Assembly: GCA_947378425.1 (NCBI GenBank)
Contig: CANCJV010000013.1
Span: forward strand, 2,826 to 66,825
Length of the DNA stretch: 64,000 bases
From: Synechococcaceae cyanobacterium
GTDB lineage: Bacteria; Cyanobacteriota; Cyanobacteriia; PCC-6307; Cyanobiaceae
Direction of reading: 5' to 3'
The notes beneath the pieces were generated by a model. It did not search any database. It saw only the letters and a list, made by a program, of their open reading frames with translations, and was not told the origin of the DNA. Position numbers and translations under genes: made by a program. Of the stretch, positions 54,294-62,957 are shown piece after piece; position 1 is the stretch's first letter; every line of letters begins with the position of its first letter.

Positions 54294-54705
54294 CTCTGGA
54301 TTTGGTGGCGATTGCAACAGGTCGCAACGGGGTCGACGTGGTGACATTGTCGCCGAGAGCTTGACGGCCAGAACCAGTCGACCCCATTTCCCTGAACCCA
54401 TCGGCCGATCGCTTCTGATCTGCTTGCTGTTTCGGTTCGGGTCTGTTGGGCATCTGAGTGATGCTGAATCGTGCTGTTTTCCATAGCCACGGAAGCATCG
54501 ACTGCAGTTTATGGCTGCACGATGTTTGCCGATATCTTTCTGGCATTTCGATCTTGCTATCCCGAAGCTTTTGTGCACGGACTTTTCTTCCTCCGGCGCT
54601 CATCTGCTCTGTCGCTCCGATTTTTCATCCCTTCTTGGTAGCCCAGCCAGCGCAGGCCTCCCAGGTTCAGGCCCCTGGCGTTATCCACTCGTCCCCGATC
54701 TGCCC

Positions 54706-56274
54706 ATGTCCGCTTCGGCTACCCCTTCCCCGGCCGCGCCCCTTCCCCGTCTTGAGGAGGCCAAGGCTAGTTTCAGCGGGCTTGATCTCGCGCCCCGACT
54801 GGAACAGTTGGGGCGCGACGGCTGGGAGTCTCTCGATGAAATGACCCTCACCGTGCACCTCAAGTGGCTGGGGATCTTCTTCCGGCCGGTCACGCCGGGA
54901 CGCTTCATGGTGCGGCTGCGGCTGCCCAATGGAGCCATCCAGGCTAAGCAGTTGGCAGTGCTCGCTGAGTTGGTCGATCGTTGTGGAGAGCACGGCAGCG
55001 CCGATATCACCACTCGCCAGAACCTCCAGCTCCGGGGTCTGCTCCTGGAGGACATGCCCCCCCTGATGGAGGCTCTGGAGCGGCTTGGGCTGACCAGCCG
55101 ACAGTCGGGTCACGACAACCCACGCAACATCACCGGTAACCCCCTGGCCGGTCTTGATCCTGAGGAATGGGTCGATACACGGCCGATCGTGCAGGCCATC
55201 CAGATCGCCTTGCTGGGCCCTGGCGGCCCCCGCAACCTGCCCCGCAAATTCAATGTCGCCGTCGGTGGCGCCCCCGACAGCTTTCTGCTCCACAACGACC
55301 TCGCCTTTCTGCCCGCCCTGCGGGACGGCGAGCTGGGCTTCACGGTGATGGTGGGCGGCTTCTTTTCGGGGCAGCGCAACGAGCTGGCAATTCCGCTGGG
55401 GCTGTGGCTGCGGGCTGAGCAGCTCCCTGGTTTCAGCCTGGCGGTGCTGCGCCACTTCGAGCGCCATGGCAATCGCAGGCAACGCACCAAGAGCCGTTTG
55501 ATGTATTTGATCGATCAGCTCGGGCTCGAGGGCTATCGGGCGGCGGTTCTCGACACCTGGCGCGAGCTGGTGGGGCAGGCCGCCGTAGCCCTGCCCCACA
55601 ACGGCGCTCACTTGGTGAACCGGGCGCCGCGGGATTGCCTGGGTGTGCAGCGACAGAAGCAGGCAGGCCTGCACTGGCTGGGGTTGCACGTGCCGATGGG
55701 GCGGCTTGATGCGGCGACGATGCTGGAGCTGGCCCGCCTGGCCCGCAGCTACGGCAGCGGCGAGCTGCGGCTCACCGAGGCTCAGAACGCCCTGATCGTC
55801 AATGTGCCAGCCGATCGGGTTGAGGCATTGCTGGCAGAACCCCTCCTGCAGCTCTACCGCCCCGATCCATCACCCCTGCAGGCCGAGGCGGTGAGCTGCA
55901 CCGGCAACGCCTACTGCAGCTTCGCCCTGATCCCCACCAAGGCCACGGCCCAGGCTGTGCTGGAGGAACTGGAGCGCCGGCTCGAGCTTCCCCATGCCGT
56001 GCGCATGCACTGGACCGGCTGCCCCAATGCCTGCGGCCAGCCCTACATGGGCCAGATCGGCCTGATGGGTGCCAAGGCCCGCATCGATGGCGCAACGGTG
56101 GAAGCCGTCAAGATCTTCCTGGGGGGCACCATGGACGCTGAACCGAAGCTGGCCGAGCTGCATGACAAGGGCGTGCCGCTCAGCGATCTGCCCGATGTGC
56201 TGGAAGCGTTGTTGATCGACAACTTCGGTGCCCGTCGGCGATCGGCCGCTGCTCCTCTGTCAGTGCCATCGTGA
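54706..56274 (+). CDS. nirA: Ferredoxin-nitrite reductase
   Basis: It has NIR_SIR ferredoxin-like repeats (LKWLGIFFRP..GRFMVRLRLPNG) and the siroheme/4Fe-4S Cys cluster CTGNAYC...CPNAC. The start is MSASATPS. Confidence 0.93.
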   Translation: MSASATPSPAAPLPRLEEAKASFSGLDLAPRLEQLGRDGWESLDEMTLTVHLKWLGIFFRPVTPGRFMVRLRLPNGAIQAKQLAVLAELVDRCGEHGSADITTRQNLQLRGLLLEDMPPLMEALERLGLTSRQSGHDNPRNITGNPLAGLDPEEWVDTRPIVQAIQIALLGPGGPRNLPRKFNVAVGGAPDSFLLHNDLAFLPALRDGELGFTVMVGGFFSGQRNELAIPLGLWLRAEQLPGFSLAVLRHFERHGNRRQRTKSRLMYLIDQLGLEGYRAAVLDTWRELVGQAAVALPHNGAHLVNRAPRDCLGVQRQKQAGLHWLGLHVPMGRLDAATMLELARLARSYGSGELRLTEAQNALIVNVPADRVEALLAEPLLQLYRPDPSPLQAEAVSCTGNAYCSFALIPTKATAQAVLEELERRLELPHAVRMHWTGCPNACGQPYMGQIGLMGAKARIDGATVEAVKIFLGGTMDAEPKLAELHDKGVPLSDLPDVLEALLIDNFGARRRSAAAPLSVPS

Positions 56275-57602
56275 TGGCGACACGGCTGAGCTGTGCCAAC
56301 TCGCGCCACCCCGCCGTGCAAGCCCCCCTCGACCCCGCCGACCTGCCTTCGCCGGCTAGCGAGGATCGTTGGGAGTGGTTGCAACGGTTGCGCGCCGGCG
56401 TCTTTCCCCTAGAGCCCTGGCTGGTCGCGATCGAGGCTGGTGGTGTGCCACCCGAGTCCGATCTGATCGCCGTTTTGGCTGACCGCCTCGATGGTGCCGC
56501 CACGGTGCGGTTGCTGCGATGGTGGCTGGCCCAGCCCCTGCGGGACCCGGCCTTTCCCCAGGGCATCGCACGGCATCGTGATCCTGTGGTAGCCACGGCC
56601 CTGCGCCAGGCCCTCGGCGACCATTGCGCCACCGAAGTTCAGGTGGCGCTGTTGCCCCTGCTCGGGCACCAGCGCCAATCCCTTGATTTCGGCCTGTTGC
56701 AACGCCGGGCCCTGGAGCCGGCACCACGGCAGCAGCGTTGTGCCGCCCTGGAGGGCCTGGGGCTTGGATTGAGCGTCTGGCCCCTGGGGGCCTTGCGCTC
56801 CACCTTGATCCAGCTCACCACGGACCTGGATCCCGCTCTGGCCGCCGCCGCGGTAGATAGCCTGGCCCGACTTCCCGATGGCCGCTCCAGTTTGCTGGCG
56901 GTGCGTTCTCGAGCACTGGAGCCAGCCGTGACGGCGCGGCTGGAGCGTCGTCTGCGGAGTCTGCCGATCCGTCCACTCCTGTTGCTGGTGCACGGGCGAG
57001 CCCAGGGGGAGATTCCGGCTGAGATCCGAAGCCTGGCCGCCGAGCTGCGGGAGCGGCGTGGTGCTCCGGTGCTGTTGCGGGCCCTGACGGATCCGCAGCC
57101 CGCAGAACTCCCAACCCTTGAGCACCCCCTGGCTCTGGTGCCGCTGTTGCTGCTGCCGGGTGAACACGTGCGCCACGACCTGCCCCGTCTGCGCCTCGAA
57201 ATTCGGCCCAGTAGCGGTCTAAAGGTGTTGCCGTTTCTAGGCAGCTGGCCCGTCTGGCAGCGTGCCCTGGCGGGTGAGCTGAGTCGTCAGGTGGCCGATC
57301 GGCCATCGCCGCCATCGAGCCCCCCCCTGCTGCTGCACCATCCCATCGCTTCTCCCTTGGGACGTCGTTATCTCCGCCTTCTCGCCGCCATCACGGGCGC
57401 CACACCCCTGGAGGCTCCGTACAGTTCGGATCGAATCGAGGCCAGCCTCCTGGGGCATCAAGGTCCCGTTCTGCCGCTGGCTTTGGCGGCCAACCGGCTC
57501 ACCGAGGTACTCACCCCCCGCTTCGGAGAGGCGGCGGCCCCGCTGCTCAGCCGTCCGGCCCTGCGCCAGGTTCTATTGGAGCAGCTGGAGGCCTTGCCAT
57601 GA
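56271..57602 (+). CDS. CbiX/SirB-like chelatase domain protein with an N-terminal helical-repeat domain (putative sirohydrochlorin ferrochelatase)
   Basis: The C-terminal half reads LLLLVHGRAQGE...PLLLLPGEHVRHDLP (CbiX pattern). It lies between nirA and cobA. Confidence 0.55.
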   Translation: MMATRLSCANSRHPAVQAPLDPADLPSPASEDRWEWLQRLRAGVFPLEPWLVAIEAGGVPPESDLIAVLADRLDGAATVRLLRWWLAQPLRDPAFPQGIARHRDPVVATALRQALGDHCATEVQVALLPLLGHQRQSLDFGLLQRRALEPAPRQQRCAALEGLGLGLSVWPLGALRSTLIQLTTDLDPALAAAAVDSLARLPDGRSSLLAVRSRALEPAVTARLERRLRSLPIRPLLLLVHGRAQGEIPAEIRSLAAELRERRGAPVLLRALTDPQPAELPTLEHPLALVPLLLLPGEHVRHDLPRLRLEIRPSSGLKVLPFLGSWPVWQRALAGELSRQVADRPSPPSSPPLLLHHPIASPLGRRYLRLLAAITGATPLEAPYSSDRIEASLLGHQGPVLPLALAANRLTEVLTPRFGEAAAPLLSRPALRQVLLEQLEALP

Positions 57603-58432
57603 CCCTCCCGGCACCCAGCGGTAGCGAATCTCCCGCCCCGGAGCGGACCGGCCTTTCCTCCCCCGGCACCGTCTACCTGGTGGGCGCCGGCCCCGGCGAT
57701 CCCGAGTTGCTCACCCTCAAGGCCCATCGCCTCCTGCGGGGTTGCGATGCCCTCGTGCACGACTCCCTGGTGCCGAAGGCCCTGCTCGATCTGGTGCCCG
57801 AGCACTGTGAGCAGCATTTTGTGGGCAAGCGCCGCGGCCACCATTCGGTGCCCCAGCCCAGCACCAATGCCCTACTGGTGGAGCTGGCGGGGCGCCACCG
57901 CACGGTGGTGCGGCTCAAGGGTGGTGATCCTTTCCTGTTTGGCCGCGGCGGCGAGGAGGCGGCTCACCTGGCCCGCCAGGGCATCCCGGTGGAGGTGGTT
58001 CCGGGCGTCACCGCCGGTCTCGCCGCCCCTGCCTACGCGGGCATTCCGGTGACCCACCGCCGCGCCGGATCCTCGGTGACGTTCGTGACCGGCCATGAGG
58101 AGATTGATAAGGGCCGCCCCGGTGTGGATTGGCGTGGTCTGGCCCGCAGCAGCGATGGGCTGGTGATCTACATGGGTCTCCACAACCTGCGCCGCATCGG
58201 CGAGGAACTGGTGGCCGGTGGTCTCGATCCCGCCACTCCGGCGGCGGTGATCCAGCAGGGCACGGTGAGGGGCCAGCGGCTGCTGCTGGCCAGCCTGGGG
58301 GAGCTGGCCGATCAGGTGGAAGCCCAGGGGTTCGCCTCGCCTTCGATCGTGGTGGTGGGGGAAGTGGTGGCCCAGCGGGTGGAGGCCTGTGCGCCGGAGC
58401 CGGCCGACGCCGAGCTCCCGATTCCGTTCTGA
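57599..58432 (+). CDS. cobA: Uroporphyrinogen-III C-methyltransferase (siroheme branch)
   Basis: Motifs are VYLVGAGPGDPELLTLKA, RLKGGDPFLFGRGGEE and VPGVTA. Confidence 0.92.
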   Translation: MTLPAPSGSESPAPERTGLSSPGTVYLVGAGPGDPELLTLKAHRLLRGCDALVHDSLVPKALLDLVPEHCEQHFVGKRRGHHSVPQPSTNALLVELAGRHRTVVRLKGGDPFLFGRGGEEAAHLARQGIPVEVVPGVTAGLAAPAYAGIPVTHRRAGSSVTFVTGHEEIDKGRPGVDWRGLARSSDGLVIYMGLHNLRRIGEELVAGGLDPATPAAVIQQGTVRGQRLLLASLGELADQVEAQGFASPSIVVVGEVVAQRVEACAPEPADAELPIPF

Positions 58433-58440
58433 ACGGCCGC

Positions 58441-58512
58441 CAGCCTTCACCCCAGCCGCTTCACTGCAGCCTTCACCCCAGCCGCTTCATTCCAGCGGTC
58501 TCATTCCAGCCG
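58441..58512 (+). repeat. Tandem 26-bp repeat (2 copies plus a degenerate tail) just downstream of cobA
   Basis: The units are cagccttcaccccagccgcttcactg and cagccttcaccccagccgcttcattc, followed by a duplicated tcattccagc. Confidence 0.8.
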
Positions 58513-58780
58513 CAAGGTCCCGCCGGTGCGCTCCCGGCGCTTCTGGACGAGGGCGGCATAGCGGGCCAGGTCAATACTCCGAGTTGCCACTGCCTTCGCC
58601 ACGACTGGATTGAGCCCCGAACTGCTGGAACCACCGCTGGCAGAGTCGCTGCTGATGGACTGCAACAGGTGGGTGACCCCTGGTTGAGGCGGATGAAGGG
58701 CAAGGAGAAGCATTTTTCGACGGGCGACATTGCCAGCGGATTGGCCGGCAGACCGTGGCCCCCTGCGCAATGCGCAGAGA

Positions 58781-59068
58781 ATGGTGACCGCCTTCACCAC
58801 GCTGGTGGGGGCCGCAGGCTGTGATGCCCTGGGTATCGACCGGATATGCACAGCCCTCGATGCCGACACCAGTACCACCAGCCTGCCGGCCGGTTTCTAC
58901 ACGCCGGAAACCCTGGCCACCTACTTGGGGGTCTCCACCTCCACGATCTACAGCTGGAACTCCAGCGGCTACGGCCCGCCCTTCGTGAAGCTGGGCAACC
59001 TGGTCCGCTACACCTACGAGGACGTGGAGATCTGGCTGGCCAGGCAGTTGGAGCTCTCGCGGGGGTGA
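58781..59068 (+). CDS. Excisionase-family HTH (HTH_17/AlpA-like) protein, second copy
   Basis: The C-terminal 68 aa are 66/68 identical to the C-terminus of the 35693-36601 product. The ATG lies at 58781; the ORF track TTG is at 58730. Confidence 0.6.
   Translation: MVTAFTTLVGAAGCDALGIDRICTALDADTSTTSLPAGFYTPETLATYLGVSTSTIYSWNSSGYGPPFVKLGNLVRYTYEDVEIWLARQLELSRG
58862..59068 (+). repeat. 207-bp direct repeat, copy 2 (HTH-coding)
   Basis: See copy 1 at 36395-36601. Confidence 0.9.
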
Positions 59069-59254
59069 TCCCTTCGAGAACTGCAAGGGCGAACAACTGG
59101 TGAGATCGAGAGATTGGGGAATACTCGCTCAAACTGGGTGCCCTGACCGTCATGTGAATCTTGGAGCTCAGCAAAGCCTGTTTGCGATATATTCAAGATT
59201 CCTTCGCCATTGGCCGGCTTTTGAGACTATGATTACTTATATTTTTTTCCATCC

Positions 59255-59941
59255 TTGACAACAGCTCTCCCAATTCCCAAGATCCTTGACAAGGTCGTAC
59301 AGGCTGCATTCCTTCTCGCTTGTGGAGGTCCGCTCTTGTCGGCCGGCGTGGTGAAAGCTGCTACTGAAAGCTTTACCGGCTTCAACACTGCCTTTGCCAC
59401 ACCTGCCACGGAAGGTGGTGCAACAATTCAAGGACTTAGTGGGCCTACGGTGGGAACAGGACAGATCGGATTTGGGAACCTCTCAATTGATGCGCCACCT
59501 TTCGAAGTGTGGGAAGTAAATATTAATTTCAGTCCTCTATTAAGTGGCAGCACGTCCAGGGGATTGTACGCTTATAGCCTAACAGCATCCTCAGGCAAGG
59601 CCTGGAACTCGTTCCGATTGAGTTTAGAATCCCTGGATGGCGGCTTTACGGCTAGATTTGCAATCTGCTCAGACAGCGACTTTGTGGCCGACTGCCAAGG
59701 ATATACACTAAAGCCCGGAGGAGTTCCTCCCATTATTAGCCTGTCAATTCCTTTGAGTGCGGTTTACGTCAAAACTTCCTACGCCGGAGTCGAGTTCGAT
59801 AGTGTCAGGAGGATTTCAGCTGAATTTTTTGCTGAAGCAGCTCCAATCCCCGCTGCACCCGGCCCCTTGCCCATCCTTGGAGTTGGCACAGCCTTTGGCT
59901 TCAGCCGCAAGCTCCGTAAGCGCATCAAGGCCTCACGCTGA
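59255..59941 (+). CDS. Secreted protein with a PEP-CTERM-like C-terminal sorting signal (low-G+C moron)
   Basis: It has an N-terminal signal-like helix. The C-terminus is PIPAAPGPLPILGVGTAFGFSRKLRKRIKASR, a Pro motif followed by a TM helix and a basic cluster. The segment is AT-rich, with a TTG start. Confidence 0.6.
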   Translation: MTTALPIPKILDKVVQAAFLLACGGPLLSAGVVKAATESFTGFNTAFATPATEGGATIQGLSGPTVGTGQIGFGNLSIDAPPFEVWEVNINFSPLLSGSTSRGLYAYSLTASSGKAWNSFRLSLESLDGGFTARFAICSDSDFVADCQGYTLKPGGVPPIISLSIPLSAVYVKTSYAGVEFDSVRRISAEFFAEAAPIPAAPGPLPILGVGTAFGFSRKLRKRIKASR

Positions 59942-60229
59942 ACTGACAAAAACAACGATCGCTTTTCATGGGCTATTGATCCTCGCCCGTATTCACTCAG
60001 TTCAGGAATATTTGATTTACGCCATCCCCTTTGGTCGGCGGAGCCCGTAGTAAACCTGCCCGCCAGTTCCCGCCCGAATTCCTTACGAGACGGGGTGCGA
60101 GCCGTAAAGGACGGGGGAAAGAGGTCGCTGATGGCTGCGTGCATGGATCGATTTCCAGCCGGTGCCCCTGGCAATAGCTGGAGAACGCAGCCCGGACGGG
60201 GCGTTCATCCACGACAGCCGCGATGGGTC

Positions 60230-61108
60230 ATGGCCACTGCCACCTCTGCTTCTTCCACCTCCAGCCCCGCCGCCTCCAGCGGCCAGGGCGCTGACGACAA
60301 CTACACCTTCCAGTCCGCCGCCGATGGGGGTGCTGATCCCCAGGGCAGCGACAACCTTCCTGGCGATCCGCCTGCGGCCACCCAGCCCCCGGCTGCGGCA
60401 ACGCCTCCCGGCGACATCGGAACCGACGACAGTCGGTCCGCCGATCCGCTCAAGGCCGAACGCCGCAAGAACAACCAGCTCGAAAAGGAGATCCGCACCC
60501 TCCGCCAACAGCTGAATCGCTTCTCCGAGATCAACCCCGAGGAATACTCCCGCCTGCAGGAGGCCGAACGCCAAAAGCAAGTCCTCGAGGAGCGCATGGA
60601 GCTGCGCGAACGCCAGATGGAAGAGGCCTCTGCCCAAAGGGTGGCCGCCGTCGCATCCGAGCGCGATGAGGCCAAACAGCAGGTGCTCCAGCTCCGCAAG
60701 GACCGCCTGCTGGAGCGCGCCTTTTCCCAGGCCGAGGGCCGCAATGGTGGTGACCGGCGCGGCACGTTCTTTGACATCTTCAAGGGCCAGCTGGGGAGCT
60801 GCTTCCGCCTGGGGACCGACAAGGAGGGCAAGGACGTGCTCGAACCCCTCGATGGTCAAGGCAAGCCCCTCCTTGGTGATGACGGCCGGCCCCTGACCAC
60901 CGCCGACTTCCTCGATGAGATGCGGGTTCATCCCGTCTACGGCTTCCTGTTCCAGCAGCGGGGCCCGGCCGGCATGCAGGCCGCCGGTGCCATGACGGCC
61001 TCCGGCATCGCCAGCAACGGCGAACCGCTCAACCCCCAGGCGATGTCGGCCTCCGAGCTCTACCGCGCCTCCTTCGCGGTCAACGGCCGCACCCAGTCGC
61101 GTCGCTGA
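60230..61108 (+). CDS. Scaffold-like coiled-coil phage protein
   Basis: The ATG gives MATATSASS... The N-terminus is low-complexity, followed by a long heptad-rich region (NQLEKEIRTLRQQLNRFSE...EERMELRERQMEE). Confidence 0.5.
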   Translation: MATATSASSTSSPAASSGQGADDNYTFQSAADGGADPQGSDNLPGDPPAATQPPAAATPPGDIGTDDSRSADPLKAERRKNNQLEKEIRTLRQQLNRFSEINPEEYSRLQEAERQKQVLEERMELRERQMEEASAQRVAAVASERDEAKQQVLQLRKDRLLERAFSQAEGRNGGDRRGTFFDIFKGQLGSCFRLGTDKEGKDVLEPLDGQGKPLLGDDGRPLTTADFLDEMRVHPVYGFLFQQRGPAGMQAAGAMTASGIASNGEPLNPQAMSASELYRASFAVNGRTQSRR

Positions 61109-61188
61109 GCGACAGCAGTGCCTGCTCAACCCCGAGGTGTCCCGTGACCCTCCGCTTCCTTCAACTCCTCTTCCATCCGTTCCGCACC

Positions 61189-61650
61189 ATGACTGCCCTG
61201 CTCGATCGCATCGTCGGCGTGATCGCCGGCTTCCAGTCCCGTGAGGCCAATCTCCGTCAGCAACTGGCCGAGGCCCTGGCTGATGACGCGGCCGATGACG
61301 CCGCCATCGCCGCCGCCCAACGCGATGCCCTCACCGCCATGGAGCGGGCTGCCACCGCCGAGGCGCTGATGGCCCAGCTGCAGGCCAGCGCAAAGGACGC
61401 TGACACCCAGCTGCAGGCCATCGGCGCCTACATCGATCAGTTCGTGCCGGCGCTCACCGAGCAGCCCGAGACCCCTGCTCTTCCTGGTGGCGACACGGCG
61501 GCGGTCCCTGCCGAACCGGAGGTTCTCGCCGGCGATCGCGACGGCGCCGATGAACCGGAGGCCAGCGCTGCCGCTGCCGATCCTGCCCTTGGGCTGGGCG
61601 CTGCTGACCCCGAGATCGGCAGCAGCCCCGATCAGCCCCCGTTGGCCTGA
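61189..61650 (+). CDS. Hypothetical phage protein (Ala-rich, helical)
   Basis: The internal ATG gives MTALLDRIVG... It lies downstream of the scaffold-like gene. Confidence 0.45.
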   Translation: MTALLDRIVGVIAGFQSREANLRQQLAEALADDAADDAAIAAAQRDALTAMERAATAEALMAQLQASAKDADTQLQAIGAYIDQFVPALTEQPETPALPGGDTAAVPAEPEVLAGDRDGADEPEASAAAADPALGLGAADPEIGSSPDQPPLA

Positions 61651-61655
61651 TCACC

Positions 61656-62012
61656 ATGCCGCGCCGGGGCAAGCAGTTCTATGGCGGCATCTCCTTCCAG
61701 CCGCCCGCTCCTGTCGCTGCTGCTGCCCGTCGTGCCCTCGAACGGCGGGCCCAGCAGCCAACGTCCAAACGCGGCATGACCCCGGTGGGCCTGGCCAGGG
61801 CCCGGCAGCTCGCCAATCGCCAGGAGCTCTCGCCCACCACCATCGACCGGATGGTGAGCTCCTTCGCTCGCCACGACGTCGACAAGGTGGGCTCCAGCTG
61901 GGGCGCCTACGGCAAGGGCCGCCAGGCCTGGGATGGTTGGGGTGGCGACCCCGGCCATCGCTGGGCACGCGCGATCGCCCGCCGCATGGATGCTGCTGAG
62001 CGTCGAGCCTGA
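61656..62012 (+). CDS. Hypothetical phage protein
   Basis: 118 aa, starting 6 nt after the preceding stop. The Trp/Gly-rich C-terminal half is WGAYGKGRQAWDGWGGDPGHRWA. Confidence 0.5.
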   Translation: MPRRGKQFYGGISFQPPAPVAAAARRALERRAQQPTSKRGMTPVGLARARQLANRQELSPTTIDRMVSSFARHDVDKVGSSWGAYGKGRQAWDGWGGDPGHRWARAIARRMDAAERRA

Positions 62013-62347
62013 TCGCCCGCCGACACGGACACAGCCAGCCGTCGCCACACCAAACCAACCAGGCGATCACTGACTTCTCCGTCGTCACCAAAATTCAGCA
62101 GCGCCGAAATAACCAACCCTCAAAAGGGGAGAAAGCAACGCAGAAAAAATTGAAAATTCTCCTCATAATTTCACTTTCAAAATCAACTCCCTGCAACTCC
62201 TTGCAAGCCCCTGTAGAAGCGCGTAGAAGAATCAAAACCGGAGGGGTATTCCCCTGTTTCTGGAAACGGCTGCAGAGCCGCTCGGAAAATTTCTCAGTTC
62301 TGGGAAATCAATCCGCCGCCCTGCTGCCCTGATCAGCCATCAGCAGC

Positions 62348-62722
62348 GTGGCGCCGGTGTCGTGCTCTACCTGTAGTGTCCTGGCTCCCTCGGTGCCACC
62401 ATGGGTGGAGGAAGGGGATCTAGCGCAGGTGGCGATCACCAGCTTCAACCTGCAGAACCTGCGGGGGCAGTCCCTGCTGTTCCGCTGTCTGGACACTGGT
62501 TTTGTCACCACGGCCCCAGCCCTCACCCGCTACCAGCAGGGCCGTGGCATTGACCCCAGCCGGCGGGAGCTGGTGGGCGAGCGGCCGGCGCAATGGTGCA
62601 GGAGTCGCCCCGTGACGATCTGCGAGCACTGCGGCCTGGCGATCAAGGGAAACCAGTGGACCCTCCGCCAGCACCAAGAGAGCAAACGCTGTAGAAGAAC
62701 CAGGACGCCGCTGCCGCTCTGA
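62348..62722 (+). CDS. Hypothetical protein
   Basis: 124 aa with a GTG start. It contains a CEHCG...KRCR cysteine cluster. Confidence 0.35.
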   Translation: MAPVSCSTCSVLAPSVPPWVEEGDLAQVAITSFNLQNLRGQSLLFRCLDTGFVTTAPALTRYQQGRGIDPSRRELVGERPAQWCRSRPVTICEHCGLAIKGNQWTLRQHQESKRCRRTRTPLPL

Positions 62723-62898
62723 TGGCCCATCCGATCGGGCTCCTGCTGCCCTGGCTGGTGTTCGCCATCGCCGTGGGGCTCAAGACCTGGAAGGTGTCCC
62801 GCATGATCAACCGTCAGGTGCGCAGCAGCCCCTGGGGGAGGGAGCGCTTTCGAGCCGCGCTGGAGCGGAACTGGCAGCGGAGTGAGTCGCTGCGTTGA
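62722..62898 (+). CDS. Small single-TM protein (58 aa; below the ORF-track cutoff)
   Basis: The product is MAHPIGLLLPWLVFAIAVGLKTWKVSRMINRQVRSSPWGRERFRAALERNWQRSESLR. Its ATG overlaps the preceding stop (TGATG). Confidence 0.4.
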   Translation: MAHPIGLLLPWLVFAIAVGLKTWKVSRMINRQVRSSPWGRERFRAALERNWQRSESLR

Positions 62899-62908
62899 GA
62901 GCAGCGAA

Positions 62909-62939
62909 AGCCCCGGCGAGCTGCTGACCCGCCGGGGCT
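62909..62939. terminator. GC-rich hairpin between convergent ORFs (possible bidirectional terminator)
   Basis: agccccggcg - 11-nt loop - cgccggggct forms a perfect 10-bp stem. No clear U-tract is present. Confidence 0.4.
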
Positions 62940-62957
62940 GAGCCAAGGCCCAACGGC

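Noticed and set aside
54294-54705. Canonical NtcA box (GTA-N8-TAC) in the nirA / TrpD-like divergent promoter region
   Set aside because: A manual scan found no GTA-N8-TAC. Only weak GT-N10-AC matches and short palindromes are present (tgcag-N7-ctgca at ~54503; gcatc-N5-gatgc at 54451-54465). A PWM scan is needed before calling anything.
36395-59068. The 207-bp repeat as a simple assembly artefact or a very recent duplication
   Set aside because: The copies differ at 21 positions, with an overwhelmingly synonymous pattern, and have different unique flanks on both sides. A collapsed or duplicated assembly repeat would be identical. Mis-joining still needs read-level confirmation.
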